This document shows, one piece after another, positions 9,512-19,239 of a stretch of 64,000 nucleotides of DNA (the stretch's first letter is position 1; each line of letters begins with the position of its first letter). The stretch lies in assembly GCA_902470805.1 (NCBI GenBank), contig CABRHX010000006.1, positions 30,166 through 94,165 on the forward strand, written 5' to 3'. The notes under the pieces are model-generated. The model was not told the DNA's origin, made no database searches, and worked only from the letters and a program-made list of their open reading frames with translations. Source of the stretch: an uncultured Collinsella sp. Lineage in GTDB: Bacteria > Actinomycetota > Coriobacteriia > Coriobacteriales > Coriobacteriaceae. A program made the position numbers and the translations under genes.

Positions 9512-10081
9512 GTGAGCGCTCAGGATTCCAAGCTCTTTGTGATTTCTGGACCGTCAGGCGCAGGGAAGGGTACGCTCGTCACTCGTGTGCGCGAGCGCCG
9601 CTCGAACCTGGGCCTGACGGTTTCGGCTACCACGCGAGCACCACGCAAAGGTGAGGTCGACGGCGTTAACTACTTTTTTCTGACGCGCGAGGAGTTCGAC
9701 CGCCGCGTGGCAAACGGCGAGTTTGTTGAGTGGGCCGAGGTCCACGGTAACTGCTACGGCACGTTGGTGAGCGAGGTCACATCCAAGCTCGCCTCGGGCG
9801 CGTCTCTGATTTTGGAGATCGATGTCCAGGGCGCCCTGCAGGTGAAGGAGCGTTTCCCCGAGGCCGTGCTGATCTTTATCAAGCCGCCTTCGCTTGAGGT
9901 GCTCCGCGAGCGTCTAGTCGGTCGCGGTACCGAGACGCCCGAGACGATTGAGCTGCGTATGGCAAACGCCGCCGATGAGCTTGCCCTTGCCGACCGCTAC
10001 GACGACGTCGTGGTAAATGACGATCTCGACCGCGCGACCGATGAGCTCGTTCGCGTTCTCGATATGCATGAAAGGATCTGA
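9512..10081 (+). CDS. gmk: guanylate kinase
   Basis: P-loop GPSGAGKGT and TTRAPRKGEVDGVNYFF. Confidence 0.93.
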   Translation: MSAQDSKLFVISGPSGAGKGTLVTRVRERRSNLGLTVSATTRAPRKGEVDGVNYFFLTREEFDRRVANGEFVEWAEVHGNCYGTLVSEVTSKLASGASLILEIDVQGALQVKERFPEAVLIFIKPPSLEVLRERLVGRGTETPETIELRMANAADELALADRYDDVVVNDDLDRATDELVRVLDMHERI

Positions 10082-10086
10082 GGTCC

Positions 10087-10368
10087 GTGTCCGTTGTAAA
10101 GCCTTGCATTGACGATCTTCTGGAGAAGACCGATCACAACCGCTTCCTGCTCGCTTCGCTTGCCTCCAAGCGCGCCTGCGACATCAATAGCATGCTGCGT
10201 GGCCAGCACAACCGCGTGCTTGCCGTCCAGGATGTCGATGACATCACCATCGGGCTTTCCGGTGCCGACACCATCTCGATGGCTATGGACGAGATTGTCG
10301 ACGGCGACATCTCTTACGACGAGGCCCGTTACGAGAAGGCGCTCGGCCACAAGGTTGCTGAAGCCTAA
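10087..10368 (+). CDS. rpoZ: DNA-directed RNA polymerase subunit omega
   Basis: CIDDLLEKTDHNRFLLASLASKRACDIN. Follows gmk. Confidence 0.9.
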   Translation: MSVVKPCIDDLLEKTDHNRFLLASLASKRACDINSMLRGQHNRVLAVQDVDDITIGLSGADTISMAMDEIVDGDISYDEARYEKALGHKVAEA

Positions 10369-11613
10369 ATGGCGGCTCGCGTCTGCCTGGTCCACTATCA
10401 CGAGGTTGGACTGAAGGGTAAGAACCGCGCACATTTTGAGCATATCCTCATGGATAACATCAAGGCGGCCTTGGCCGCCTTTTCCGTGAATGCCGTGTCT
10501 CGAATTTCCGGTTATATCCTCGTGACCTTTAACGAGCATCAGGCCGACGAGGCGGCGCGTGTCATTCGCACCGTTCCCGGCGTTGCTCGTGTGTCTTTGG
10601 CGTATCACACCAATCGTGACCCTCAGGAGTACTGTGCCGCCGCCGTGAAGGCGCTGCGCGAGTTTGGTTCCTTCGATTCGTTTAAGGTGCACGCCAAGCG
10701 CTCCAATACCGACTATGAGCTCACCTCGATTGACATCAATCGTCAGGTGGGCGAGGTGCTGTGCGAGGCCTTCCCCGATAAAAAGGTTCAAATGCATGAC
10801 CCCGATGCGATGGTGCACGTACTGGTGGTCCAGGGTAGCGTTTATGTGTACGCGCGCTCCGAGCGCGGCGTGGGCGGTCTGCCGGTGGGTTCTGCCGGCA
10901 AGGTCGTGACGCTGCTGTCGTCGGGTATTGATTCTCCGGTGGCGACCTGGATGCTCGCGCGACGCGGAGCCGTGTGCGTGCCGGTGCATTTTTCCGGTCG
11001 TCCGCAGACGCCAGATACCAGCGAGTATCTAGTGCAGGACATCATTCGCGCCCTTGAGCCGGGTGTCCAGATCGGCCGTCTGTATGTTGTGCCGTTTGGC
11101 GACTGCCAGCGCGAGATTTCGGTGACCTGTCCCAGCAACCTGCGCGTGATCATGTATCGCCGCATTATGTATTCGGTTGCCGAGCGCATTGCACACATCG
11201 AGGGCGCCAAGGCTATCGTGACGGGCGAATCGCTTGGGCAGGTTGCCTCCCAAACGCTTGAGAACATCATGGCCGTCAACGAGGCCGTGAAGATCCCCGT
11301 GTTCCGCCCTCTCATCGGTTCGGACAAGCAGGAGATCATCGCGCGCGCCGAGGAGATTGGTACGTTCGATATCTCGACTGAGGCCGCTCCCGACTGCTGC
11401 ACGCTGTTTATGCCGCGCCGTCCCGAGACGCACGCTAAACTCGATGCCGTGCATGAGACCTGGGAGTTGTTCGATCACGAGGAGATGATCGAGCGCCTGC
11501 TCAAGCAGACCGAGTACATCGACTTCGAGAGCAACACGTATAAGGCCCCTAAGACCTTAAAACGCAAACATTCGGAGCTTGCTCCGCGTGAGATTTACCA
11601 AGATCACGAGTAA
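10369..11613 (+). CDS. thiI: tRNA uracil 4-sulfurtransferase ThiI (no rhodanese domain)
   Basis: THUMP-like N-terminus and PP-loop LLSSGIDSPVATWM. Confidence 0.9.
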   Translation: MAARVCLVHYHEVGLKGKNRAHFEHILMDNIKAALAAFSVNAVSRISGYILVTFNEHQADEAARVIRTVPGVARVSLAYHTNRDPQEYCAAAVKALREFGSFDSFKVHAKRSNTDYELTSIDINRQVGEVLCEAFPDKKVQMHDPDAMVHVLVVQGSVYVYARSERGVGGLPVGSAGKVVTLLSSGIDSPVATWMLARRGAVCVPVHFSGRPQTPDTSEYLVQDIIRALEPGVQIGRLYVVPFGDCQREISVTCPSNLRVIMYRRIMYSVAERIAHIEGAKAIVTGESLGQVASQTLENIMAVNEAVKIPVFRPLIGSDKQEIIARAEEIGTFDISTEAAPDCCTLFMPRRPETHAKLDAVHETWELFDHEEMIERLLKQTEYIDFESNTYKAPKTLKRKHSELAPREIYQDHE

Positions 11614-11623
11614 TGTTGTGCAT

Positions 11624-11657
11624 AGACCGACGATGCGCCTGCATCGTCGGTCTTTTG
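11624..11657 (+). terminator. rho-independent terminator after thiI
   Basis: AGACCGACGATGC-GCCT-GCATCGTCGGTCT followed by TTTT. Confidence 0.8.
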
Positions 11658-11731
11658 CTATCTGGGCATTTTGCGGCTAAGTGTTCATTTGCTGACGTGT
11701 GCCTGAATAAATGGACAGATTTGTGCAAGGT

Positions 11732-11769
11732 TTTGGTCGGTTTTTGGTTTGACCGCTAAAACCGGTTTT
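11732..11769 (+). promoter_or_regulatory. upstream motif TTTGGTCGG-NN-TTTGGTT (shared with recA upstream) plus palindrome AAAACCGGTTTT
   Basis: 11732-11749 matches 40528-40545 at 16 of 18 positions; only the 2 spacer bases differ. A perfect 12-bp palindrome lies at 11758-11769. The motif sits 58-95 nt upstream of the comEA ATG. Confidence 0.4.
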
Positions 11770-11826
11770 GGAGCGTGGCTGTTGCAGGGCTCCTTTCCTG
11801 ACACGATGGTGTTGGGAGGTTTTGCT

Positions 11827-12540
11827 ATGGCGCAGCGCGAACAACACGAACGGGTCAAACGGATGGACCGCTTGGCGGACAAGCTGCTCGGTCATAAGGC
11901 AGTGGTGATGGCGATACTGGTCGTCATTGCGATGGCGAGCGGCTTGGCGATGGCGAACCTTGGCGGCGGTGCCGGCGGTGTGTCGTTTGAGCGCACTGAC
12001 GGTACGGGCTCGTTGATGGAGCCGGGATCCGGTGATGCCTCGAGCGGAAAGACATCCGAAGGTTCTTCGACTAAGGCTTCTGCCGCGGCAGAGGTCTATG
12101 TCGATGTCGATGGCGCCGTTGTGTCGCCCGGTGTATATCGCCTCAAGGACGGCGCGCGGGTGGCTCAGGCGATTGATGCCGCCGGCGGGCTGGCGCCCGA
12201 GGCAGACGTTACGGGGCTCAATCGGGCATCTAAGGTCACTGATGGACAAAAAATCCACGTTCCAACGGTAGGGGAGCAGCAGGCGTCTATTGCGGAAGCC
12301 GGTGTTGATGGTGGTACTTCCGCATCATCGGGCGTGAGCGGCGCAACAGGCCTGGTAAACATCAATACGGCAAGCGCGGCAGAGCTGCAGACGCTCTCGG
12401 GCATCGGTCCCTCCATGGCCCAGTCGATTATCGATGAGCGGACAAAGAACGGTGCTTTTGCCTCGGTTGACGACCTGATGCGTGTGTCGGGAATCGGCGA
12501 GAAGAAGCTTGCCAAAATCAAAGATTGCATCTGCGTATGA
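11827..12540 (+). CDS. comEA: competence protein ComEA (SLBB + helix-hairpin-helix DNA receptor)
   Basis: TM segment, then VDVDGAVVSPGVYRLKDGARV (SLBB), then VNINTASAAELQTLSGIGPSMAQSII...VSGIGEKKLAKI (HhH). Confidence 0.88.
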   Translation: MAQREQHERVKRMDRLADKLLGHKAVVMAILVVIAMASGLAMANLGGGAGGVSFERTDGTGSLMEPGSGDASSGKTSEGSSTKASAAAEVYVDVDGAVVSPGVYRLKDGARVAQAIDAAGGLAPEADVTGLNRASKVTDGQKIHVPTVGEQQASIAEAGVDGGTSASSGVSGATGLVNINTASAAELQTLSGIGPSMAQSIIDERTKNGAFASVDDLMRVSGIGEKKLAKIKDCICV

Positions 12541-14840
12541 GTGCGACCGAGCGCGAGCGTGTTATGCCTCCGCGGCCCCTGCTTCCGTGGACGATGACCC
12601 TGTGTGCCGGCATGTGCATGAGCTGCGTCTTGGTGCTCAACATGGCCGCTGATGCGCTGTTGAGGGAGCGGGCGCCAGCGGTCGGGCCGCTATGGACCAT
12701 TCCCGTTGCGGCGGCGGTATTTGTTATGCTGGCTCAATCATGTGCGCGGCTTGCCCCTTTGAAGCGGTGGCTGTATGCCGCGTCCGTCGGTCTCGTGGCG
12801 GGAGCGGTCGTCTCGGCCTGGTGGGCTGTGGGTGCGCTAAGCGCCTCGAAGGCGCTCGACGGTCGAGCGGCAAGCAGCCTCGAGTTTGTCGTGCAGGGCG
12901 ATCCATCAATAAACGACGACGTGTATTCCTATACCTGCGAGGCACGCGCGGACGGTAAGAACTTGGCAACGGTTCGCCTATCGTGCGACCGCGAGCTCAA
13001 GGTCGGGGCGCACGTGCGTGTTATCGGTCGCGTTTCGCGTTTTGAGAACGATGCGTATGGACGATCGCGCGTGCTCCGAGGCGAGGTATGCAAGGTAAAA
13101 GCCGTTCGGATTGTGTCGGTCGATGAGGGCTCTCCGGGGCCGCTGCTTCGGCTACGAAATGGGCTGCTTGCGTCCATCGCGCCTGCGACCGACCCGGCGC
13201 GTGCACTCATAGCCGGTGTCGTCTGCGGTCGTTCGGCCGAGCTGCGCGCCCAGTCGGCGGGCGACTGGTTTTCGGTGACGGGTACGGCGCATCTTATCGC
13301 CGTCTCCGGCAGCCATTTGTCTATCGTGGGGTTTGTAATTGAGGGCGTATTGCAAAAGACTCGGTGTTCACGTGGTCTTCGGCGGGTGATATTGGCGATA
13401 ACGCTTGTGGGCTACGCTGCCTTTACGGGCGCGTCTCCCTCGGCCGTGCGCGCGTGCTGCATGGTGTTCGCGACGCTTGTCGTAAACGGCGCAGGGCGTC
13501 GCCGGCACGGCGCATCGGCGCTCTTCGTAACCATGTCCATCTTTGTGCTACTGCGGCCGACGGTGCTGTTCGAGATGGGCTTTCAGCTTTCATGTGCCAG
13601 CGTCTTAGCCATTCTGTGCTTTTGCCCCTATGCGACCTACGCTTTGGGTGAGCTGGGTGTGCCATCGGGCATTGCCAGTATGCTTTCCGTCACGCTGTGC
13701 TCGCAGTTGGCGACGCTCCCCATTACCATTCCTGCCTTCGGTACGTTCTCGCTCATTGCTCCGCTGGCAAATGCGGTCATCGGTCCGGTGGTGAGCGTAC
13801 TGCTCGCTGTGTCGATCGTACTGGTTCCCTATTCGCTCGTGGCACCATTGCGGATTTGGGCGCTCATTGTGCCCATGGTTGCCGCCCGTTGCGCGTTGTT
13901 CTTCGAGCAGCTGTTTGCCGCCGTGCCGGGTGCATCCGTGAGTGTGCCGCCCGATAGCATGTGGATTTACCTAGTGCCGTGTTTGCTGGCGGTTCTGCTG
14001 GTCTGGTGGCCGCGTCCCCGTGCACGTCCTATGGCGGTGGGGCTTACGTGCCTGGTGTTCTTGGCTGCGATTCCGTACGCCTACTGGGATCGGTTCGCTC
14101 CGCCTTCGGTGACGGTGCTCGATGTGGGCCAGGCCGATGCGATTCTTATCCGCCAGGGCGGCACAGTAGCGCTCGTCGACTGCGGGCTCGACGAGCGCGT
14201 GGTGGCGGCGTTGGTTCGCAATAACGTGCACCATATCGATGCCGTCTTTGTGACGCATTGGGATGAGGATCACTGGGGTGGTCTGCCTGCCGTGCTCGAA
14301 CAGTTTTCGGTCGGAACGATTGCCGTGGCGGCAGATGCGCTGGAGGATGCTCCTGCCGAGGTATTGAACCGACCTGGCGTGGAGTATCGGCAGGTGCGCC
14401 ATGGGGATACGGTCGACATCGGCTCATTTTGCGCCCGCGTGATGTGGCCATTCGAGTCCGTGGATGGCGAGGGCAATGAGGATTCGCTTGTCCTGCTGCT
14501 CTCTTATGTTCAGGAAGACAAGGGCCTGCGCATGCTCCTCACCGGTGATGCCGAGCTCGACCAAGAACGGGAATTCGTGCAGGAGGTGGGGGATATCGAT
14601 GTCCTTAAACTCGGGCATCACGGCTCCAAGGTTTCGGTCGATGCCGCGCTGCTGGAGATTCTGAGACCCGAGCTTTCCCTCGCGAGCGCGGGCGAGGGGA
14701 ATCGATACGGTCATCCGTCCGATGCCTGCATCGATGCCGTGAAGGAAGCGGGTGGCGTGTTCGCGTGCACCATCGAACACGGCGACATTACCGTCACGCC
14801 GACTGAGAATGGCTTTGCGATGCGATGCCAGCGACCGTGA
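12537..14840 (+). CDS. comEC: DNA internalization competence protein ComEC/Rec2
   Basis: Polytopic membrane domain plus a C-terminal MBL domain (VLDVGQADAILI, HWDEDHWGG, LGHHGS). ATGA overlap with comEA. Confidence 0.9.
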   Translation: MSATERERVMPPRPLLPWTMTLCAGMCMSCVLVLNMAADALLRERAPAVGPLWTIPVAAAVFVMLAQSCARLAPLKRWLYAASVGLVAGAVVSAWWAVGALSASKALDGRAASSLEFVVQGDPSINDDVYSYTCEARADGKNLATVRLSCDRELKVGAHVRVIGRVSRFENDAYGRSRVLRGEVCKVKAVRIVSVDEGSPGPLLRLRNGLLASIAPATDPARALIAGVVCGRSAELRAQSAGDWFSVTGTAHLIAVSGSHLSIVGFVIEGVLQKTRCSRGLRRVILAITLVGYAAFTGASPSAVRACCMVFATLVVNGAGRRRHGASALFVTMSIFVLLRPTVLFEMGFQLSCASVLAILCFCPYATYALGELGVPSGIASMLSVTLCSQLATLPITIPAFGTFSLIAPLANAVIGPVVSVLLAVSIVLVPYSLVAPLRIWALIVPMVAARCALFFEQLFAAVPGASVSVPPDSMWIYLVPCLLAVLLVWWPRPRARPMAVGLTCLVFLAAIPYAYWDRFAPPSVTVLDVGQADAILIRQGGTVALVDCGLDERVVAALVRNNVHHIDAVFVTHWDEDHWGGLPAVLEQFSVGTIAVAADALEDAPAEVLNRPGVEYRQVRHGDTVDIGSFCARVMWPFESVDGEGNEDSLVLLLSYVQEDKGLRMLLTGDAELDQEREFVQEVGDIDVLKLGHHGSKVSVDAALLEILRPELSLASAGEGNRYGHPSDACIDAVKEAGGVFACTIEHGDITVTPTENGFAMRCQRP

Positions 14841-14918
14841 CGACGTCGTTGGCGTGTGGTGGGCCCCTGGGCTAGAATGGCACGGAACGAATACGAAGGC
14901 CTGCGGGAGGGGAGCGCA

Positions 14919-15881
14919 ATGTCCGAAACCGGTCTGCTGCCGGCATATCTGATCGTCGGTACCGACGGAGTCAAGCGCGATCACGCCGTCTCGCGTATGA
15001 AAGCGCGTCTGGAAAAGTCGGGTATGGTCGAGTTTAACCTCGACGAGCGCGACATGACTAAGGACCCCGATATCGAGTCCATTATCGGATCGCTTAACAC
15101 CTTTCCGATGGGCAGCGAGTTTCGCCTGGTAATCCTTGATGGCTGCTTAAAGCTCGCTAAGGCTGTCTCGGAGCCGCTCGTCGAGTACCTCGCAAGTCCC
15201 AGCCCCACAACGGTCTGCCTCATCATCGCCGACTCGCTTGCCAAGAACACGCGCCTGTATAAGGCGATCGCCAAGATCGACAAGAAGGCCGTGATCGATT
15301 GCTCCGGCACCAAGCGCTGGGAGCTACCGCGCCGCGTTCAGCAGATGGCGACGCAGCATGGCAAGTCGATCTCGACGGCGGCCGCCGAGGAACTCGTCTC
15401 GCGTTCGGGTGAAAACACTCGCATGCTCGATAACGATTTGGCTAAGCTTGCCCAGATGGTCGAGGTGCCCCAGATTGAGCTTGTCGACGTTGAGCGCTGG
15501 ATTGTACGTACGGCCGAGGTTCAACCCTGGGACTTTCTCAATGCGGTCTCGGCCCGTGACATGCGACGCTCGCTCGAGCTCTTCAATCTACTGCCCGCCA
15601 AGAGCTACGTGTGGACTTACACATTGCTGTGCGGCCGCATCCGCGAGCTTATCGTTGCCAAGGCGCTCGATGCGCGCGGACAGGGTCGTGAGCTGGCCGC
15701 AACACTTAAGCTCCAGTCCTGGCAGGTCAAGAATCACCTGACCTGGGCACGTCGCTTTTCGATGGCAGAGCTCGTTGCCGCGCTCGAGGGCGCGGTCGAT
15801 GTGGAGCTCGCACTGAAGGGTTCGGCCGATTCTCAGACCGCGCTTTTGCTCTGGATTACGAACATCTTGAGAAAATCGTGA
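14919..15881 (+). CDS. holA: DNA polymerase III subunit delta
   Basis: Conserved comEC-holA-rpsT context. N-terminal AYLIVGTDGVKRDHAVSRMKARL. GGGAGG SD before ATG 14919. Confidence 0.8.
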   Translation: MSETGLLPAYLIVGTDGVKRDHAVSRMKARLEKSGMVEFNLDERDMTKDPDIESIIGSLNTFPMGSEFRLVILDGCLKLAKAVSEPLVEYLASPSPTTVCLIIADSLAKNTRLYKAIAKIDKKAVIDCSGTKRWELPRRVQQMATQHGKSISTAAAEELVSRSGENTRMLDNDLAKLAQMVEVPQIELVDVERWIVRTAEVQPWDFLNAVSARDMRRSLELFNLLPAKSYVWTYTLLCGRIRELIVAKALDARGQGRELAATLKLQSWQVKNHLTWARRFSMAELVAALEGAVDVELALKGSADSQTALLLWITNILRKS

Positions 15882-16014
15882 TGATACCTGCCTATTTGAC
15901 AAATTCGTTCTATCCCTTTGAGGGGGAGCGTGCTATAGTAGGCGCTTGCATGACCTCACCGTGTCTCAGAGGTGTCATACATTTTTTGCAAGGAACTCGA
16001 AAGGAACTCCAGAA

Positions 16015-16281
16015 GTGGCAAACATCAAGTCTCAGAAGAAGCGTATCCGCACCAATGAGGCAGCTCGCATGCGTAACAAGGCTGTCAAGTCCGAGCTCAA
16101 GACGCTGACCAAGCACGTCCAGTCCGCCGTCGCCGAGGGCGACGCCGAGAAGGCCCAGGCTGCCCTCAAGACCGTCACCAAGCGTCTCGACATGGCTGCC
16201 GCCAAGCATGTTATCCACAAGAACCAGGCTTCCAACCGCAAGTCCGGTCTTGCCAAGCTCGTGAACAGCATCAACGCCTAA
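16015..16281 (+). CDS. rpsT: 30S ribosomal protein S20
   Basis: [33 protein letters not shown] start. Confidence 0.93.
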   Translation: MANIKSQKKRIRTNEAARMRNKAVKSELKTLTKHVQSAVAEGDAEKAQAALKTVTKRLDMAAAKHVIHKNQASNRKSGLAKLVNSINA

Positions 16282-16317
16282 GTTGTAAATTTCACACCAC
16301 ACAGATTACGCGCATAA

Positions 16318-16353
16318 ATGGAGCCTGTTTTATGGAACAGGCTCCATTTTTTG
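16318..16353 (+). terminator. rho-independent terminator after rpsT
   Basis: ATGGAGCCTGTT-TTATGG-AACAGGCTCCAT followed by TTTTTT. Confidence 0.85.
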
Positions 16354-16377
16354 TATCGCTCGGGTAAGATAGTCCGC

Positions 16378-18189
16378 ATGAATACTTCAATTGACATTTC
16401 CCACATCCGCAACTTTTCAATTGTTGCGCACATCGACCATGGCAAGTCCACGATCAGTGACCGTATCCTCGAGCTCACCCATACCGTCGACGAGCGCGAC
16501 ATGGAGTCGCAGCTGCTCGACACCATGGATATCGAGCGCGAGCGCGGCATCACGATCAAGTCCAACGCCGTCCGCGTGTCCTATGACGCCGACGACGGCG
16601 AGACGTATCAGTTCAACCTCATCGATACGCCGGGCCACGTGGACTTTACCTATGAGGTCTCGCGTTCGCTGGCCGCCTGCGAGGGCGCGGTGCTCGTCGT
16701 CGATGCCACCCAGGGTGTCGAGGCGCAGACCGTCTCCAATGCGACGCTCGCCATGAACGCCAATCTGGACATTGTGCCGGCCATCAACAAGATCGACCTG
16801 CCCTCGGCCCATCCCGATGAGGTCAAGACCGAGATCGAGGATGACTTGGCGATCCCTGCCGATGATGCCGTGTGTGTCTCGGGCAAGACCGGAGAGGGCA
16901 TCCACGATCTGCTGGAGTCCATTGTCTTTTTGATCTCTCCGCCCAAGGGCGATGCGAACGCGCCGCTCAAGGCACTCATCCTGGATTCGTACTTCGACGA
17001 GTATCGTGGTGTCGTCGCCACGGTGCGCATCTTTGACGGTTCCATCAAAAAGGGCGATACCCTGCGCATGATGCAGGCAAAGGGTGACTTTTTGGTCGAT
17101 GGCGTGGGCGTCAAGCGTCCCGCCGAGACTCCGGTCGATGCGCTGACGGTCGGCGAGGTGGGCTACGTGGTCACGGGCCTGAAGGACCCCGAGGCCGTGC
17201 GCGTGGGCGATACCCTCACGTGGGCGTCGAATCCCTGCCCCGAGCCGCTTCCCGGCTACCGCGAGGCTAAGCCCATGGTCTATACGGGCCTGTTCCCGAT
17301 CGATAACAAGGACTACGAGAACCTGCGTGACGCGCTCGATAAGCTGCACGTCAACGACCCGTCGTTGGTGTGGGAGCCCGAGACCTCGGTGGCGCTCGGC
17401 TTTGGCTTCCGCGTGGGCTTCCTGGGCCTGCTGCACATGGAAGTCGTTAAGGAACGCCTGGAGCGCGAGTTCAACTTGGACCTCATTGCCACGAGTCCCT
17501 CGGTCGACTATCACGTCTACAAGACCGACGGCGAGATGATCGATGTCCGCAGCCCGCAGGACCTTCCCGAGGCCACGCGCATCGAGCGTATCGAGGAACC
17601 CTACCTCAAGGCAAAGATCATCTGCCCGCCTGAGTACACGGGCGCCGTCATGCAGCTCGCCATCGAGCACCGCGGCGTTACGACCGACATGATCCACCTG
17701 ACGAGCAAATCGGTCGAGATGCGCTTTGATATGCCGCTTGCCGAGCTCATCTTGGACTTCTTTGACCAGCTCAAGAGCCGCACTAAGGGCTATGCCTCGC
17801 TCGACTACGAGTTCAACGAGTATCGTCCTTCCGAGCTTGTGAAGCTCGATATCTTGCTTTCGGGCGATGAGGTGGACGCGCTGTCGTTTATCGTGCACAA
17901 GGACAAGGCCTATGGCCTGGCCCGCGGTCTGTGCGACAAGCTCAAGGAGATCATCCCGCGTCAGCTGTTTGAGGTGCCCATCCAGGGTGCTATCGGCAAC
18001 AAGATCATTGCCCGCTCCACCGTCAAGGCGCGTCGCAAGGACGTGCTTGCCAAGTGCTACGGCGGCGATATTTCGCGTAAGCGCAAACTGCTCGAGAAGC
18101 AGAAAGAGGGCAAGAAGCGCATGAAAGCCATCGGCTCGGTCGAGGTCCCGCAGGAGGCCTTTATGGCGATTCTCAAGGTGGACGAGTAG
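16378..18189 (+). CDS. lepA: translation elongation factor 4 (LepA)
   Basis: [16 protein letters not shown] and DTPGHVDF. LepA C-terminal domain. Confidence 0.95.
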   Translation: MNTSIDISHIRNFSIVAHIDHGKSTISDRILELTHTVDERDMESQLLDTMDIERERGITIKSNAVRVSYDADDGETYQFNLIDTPGHVDFTYEVSRSLAACEGAVLVVDATQGVEAQTVSNATLAMNANLDIVPAINKIDLPSAHPDEVKTEIEDDLAIPADDAVCVSGKTGEGIHDLLESIVFLISPPKGDANAPLKALILDSYFDEYRGVVATVRIFDGSIKKGDTLRMMQAKGDFLVDGVGVKRPAETPVDALTVGEVGYVVTGLKDPEAVRVGDTLTWASNPCPEPLPGYREAKPMVYTGLFPIDNKDYENLRDALDKLHVNDPSLVWEPETSVALGFGFRVGFLGLLHMEVVKERLEREFNLDLIATSPSVDYHVYKTDGEMIDVRSPQDLPEATRIERIEEPYLKAKIICPPEYTGAVMQLAIEHRGVTTDMIHLTSKSVEMRFDMPLAELILDFFDQLKSRTKGYASLDYEFNEYRPSELVKLDILLSGDEVDALSFIVHKDKAYGLARGLCDKLKEIIPRQLFEVPIQGAIGNKIIARSTVKARRKDVLAKCYGGDISRKRKLLEKQKEGKKRMKAIGSVEVPQEAFMAILKVDE

Positions 18190-18193
18190 GCCT

Positions 18194-19237
18194 ATGGCGC
18201 TTTCTGAATACAGTAAGCGGCTGCTGGGCGCCTATGCCGAGCAGCCGTTCCTTATGGCTCCCATGGCGGGCGTGACCGACCCTGCCTACCGCATCATGTG
18301 CCGCCGCCGCGGTGCCAACCTTGCCTACAGCGAGATGGTGAGCGTGGCGGGCCTTGCCTATGCCAGCAATAAAACGTGGCGCCTGGTGCTGCCGGCCGAT
18401 GAGGAACAACAGATTTGCGTGCAGCTCTTTGGCTCCAAGCCCGATCAGTTTGCGAGCGCCGTCGCCGCCGTCGAGGATCGTGTGGGCGATCGCCTGTCGC
18501 TCATCGATATCAACATGGCCTGTCCTGCCCGAAAGGTTGTCACCAAGGGCGAGGGCTCTGCCCTTATGCGCACGCCCGATTTGGCCGAGAAGATCGTCGA
18601 GGCGGCGGTGGGCGCGGCGCATGTGCCCGTGACCGTCAAGATCCGCAAGGGTTTTTATGCCGAGGACCGTAATGCCGCGACGTTTGCCCAGATGCTCGAA
18701 GGCGCCGGTGCCGCCGCAGTCGCCGTGCATGGTCGTTGCGCCACGCAGCTCTACACGGGCCAGGCCGATTGGTCGGTCGTCGATGAGGTGGCCGACGCCG
18801 TCGAGATTCCCGTTATCGGTTCGGGCGATGTGTTCTGCGCCGAGGATGCCGCAGAGCATCTGCGCAGCTCGGGTGCCAGCGCGGTGTTTATCGCGCGCGG
18901 CATCTACGGCAATCCGTGGGTGTTCGGTGATGCTCGCGCCCTTGCGCTCGATGGCATGCCGGTGCCGGCGCGCAGCTCCGTTGAGCGCCTAGACGCCCTG
19001 CGTGAGCACCTAACGCTGACGCATGAGCTCCTGCCGCTCATGTCGCGTGCCCGTACGTACGCAAGCTGGTACTTAAAAGGCATGCCCCATGCCGCCGCTT
19101 GGCGTGCTCATGTGGTGCGCTGCTCCACGTACGAGGAGTTCATGGCGCTGGTCGATGAGATCGAGCGCGATGTGGTGGCCTGCGAGGCTGCCCTTGCCGC
19201 CGGCGAATCGGTGCCCCCTCATCCGCTGGGGGCTTAA
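18194..19237 (+). CDS. dus: tRNA-dihydrouridine synthase
   Basis: PMAGVTDPAYRIMCRRRGA, DINMACPARKV and GSGDV. Confidence 0.88.
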   Translation: MALSEYSKRLLGAYAEQPFLMAPMAGVTDPAYRIMCRRRGANLAYSEMVSVAGLAYASNKTWRLVLPADEEQQICVQLFGSKPDQFASAVAAVEDRVGDRLSLIDINMACPARKVVTKGEGSALMRTPDLAEKIVEAAVGAAHVPVTVKIRKGFYAEDRNAATFAQMLEGAGAAAVAVHGRCATQLYTGQADWSVVDEVADAVEIPVIGSGDVFCAEDAAEHLRSSGASAVFIARGIYGNPWVFGDARALALDGMPVPARSSVERLDALREHLTLTHELLPLMSRARTYASWYLKGMPHAAAWRAHVVRCSTYEEFMALVDEIERDVVACEAALAAGESVPPHPLGA

Positions 19238-19239
19238 GG

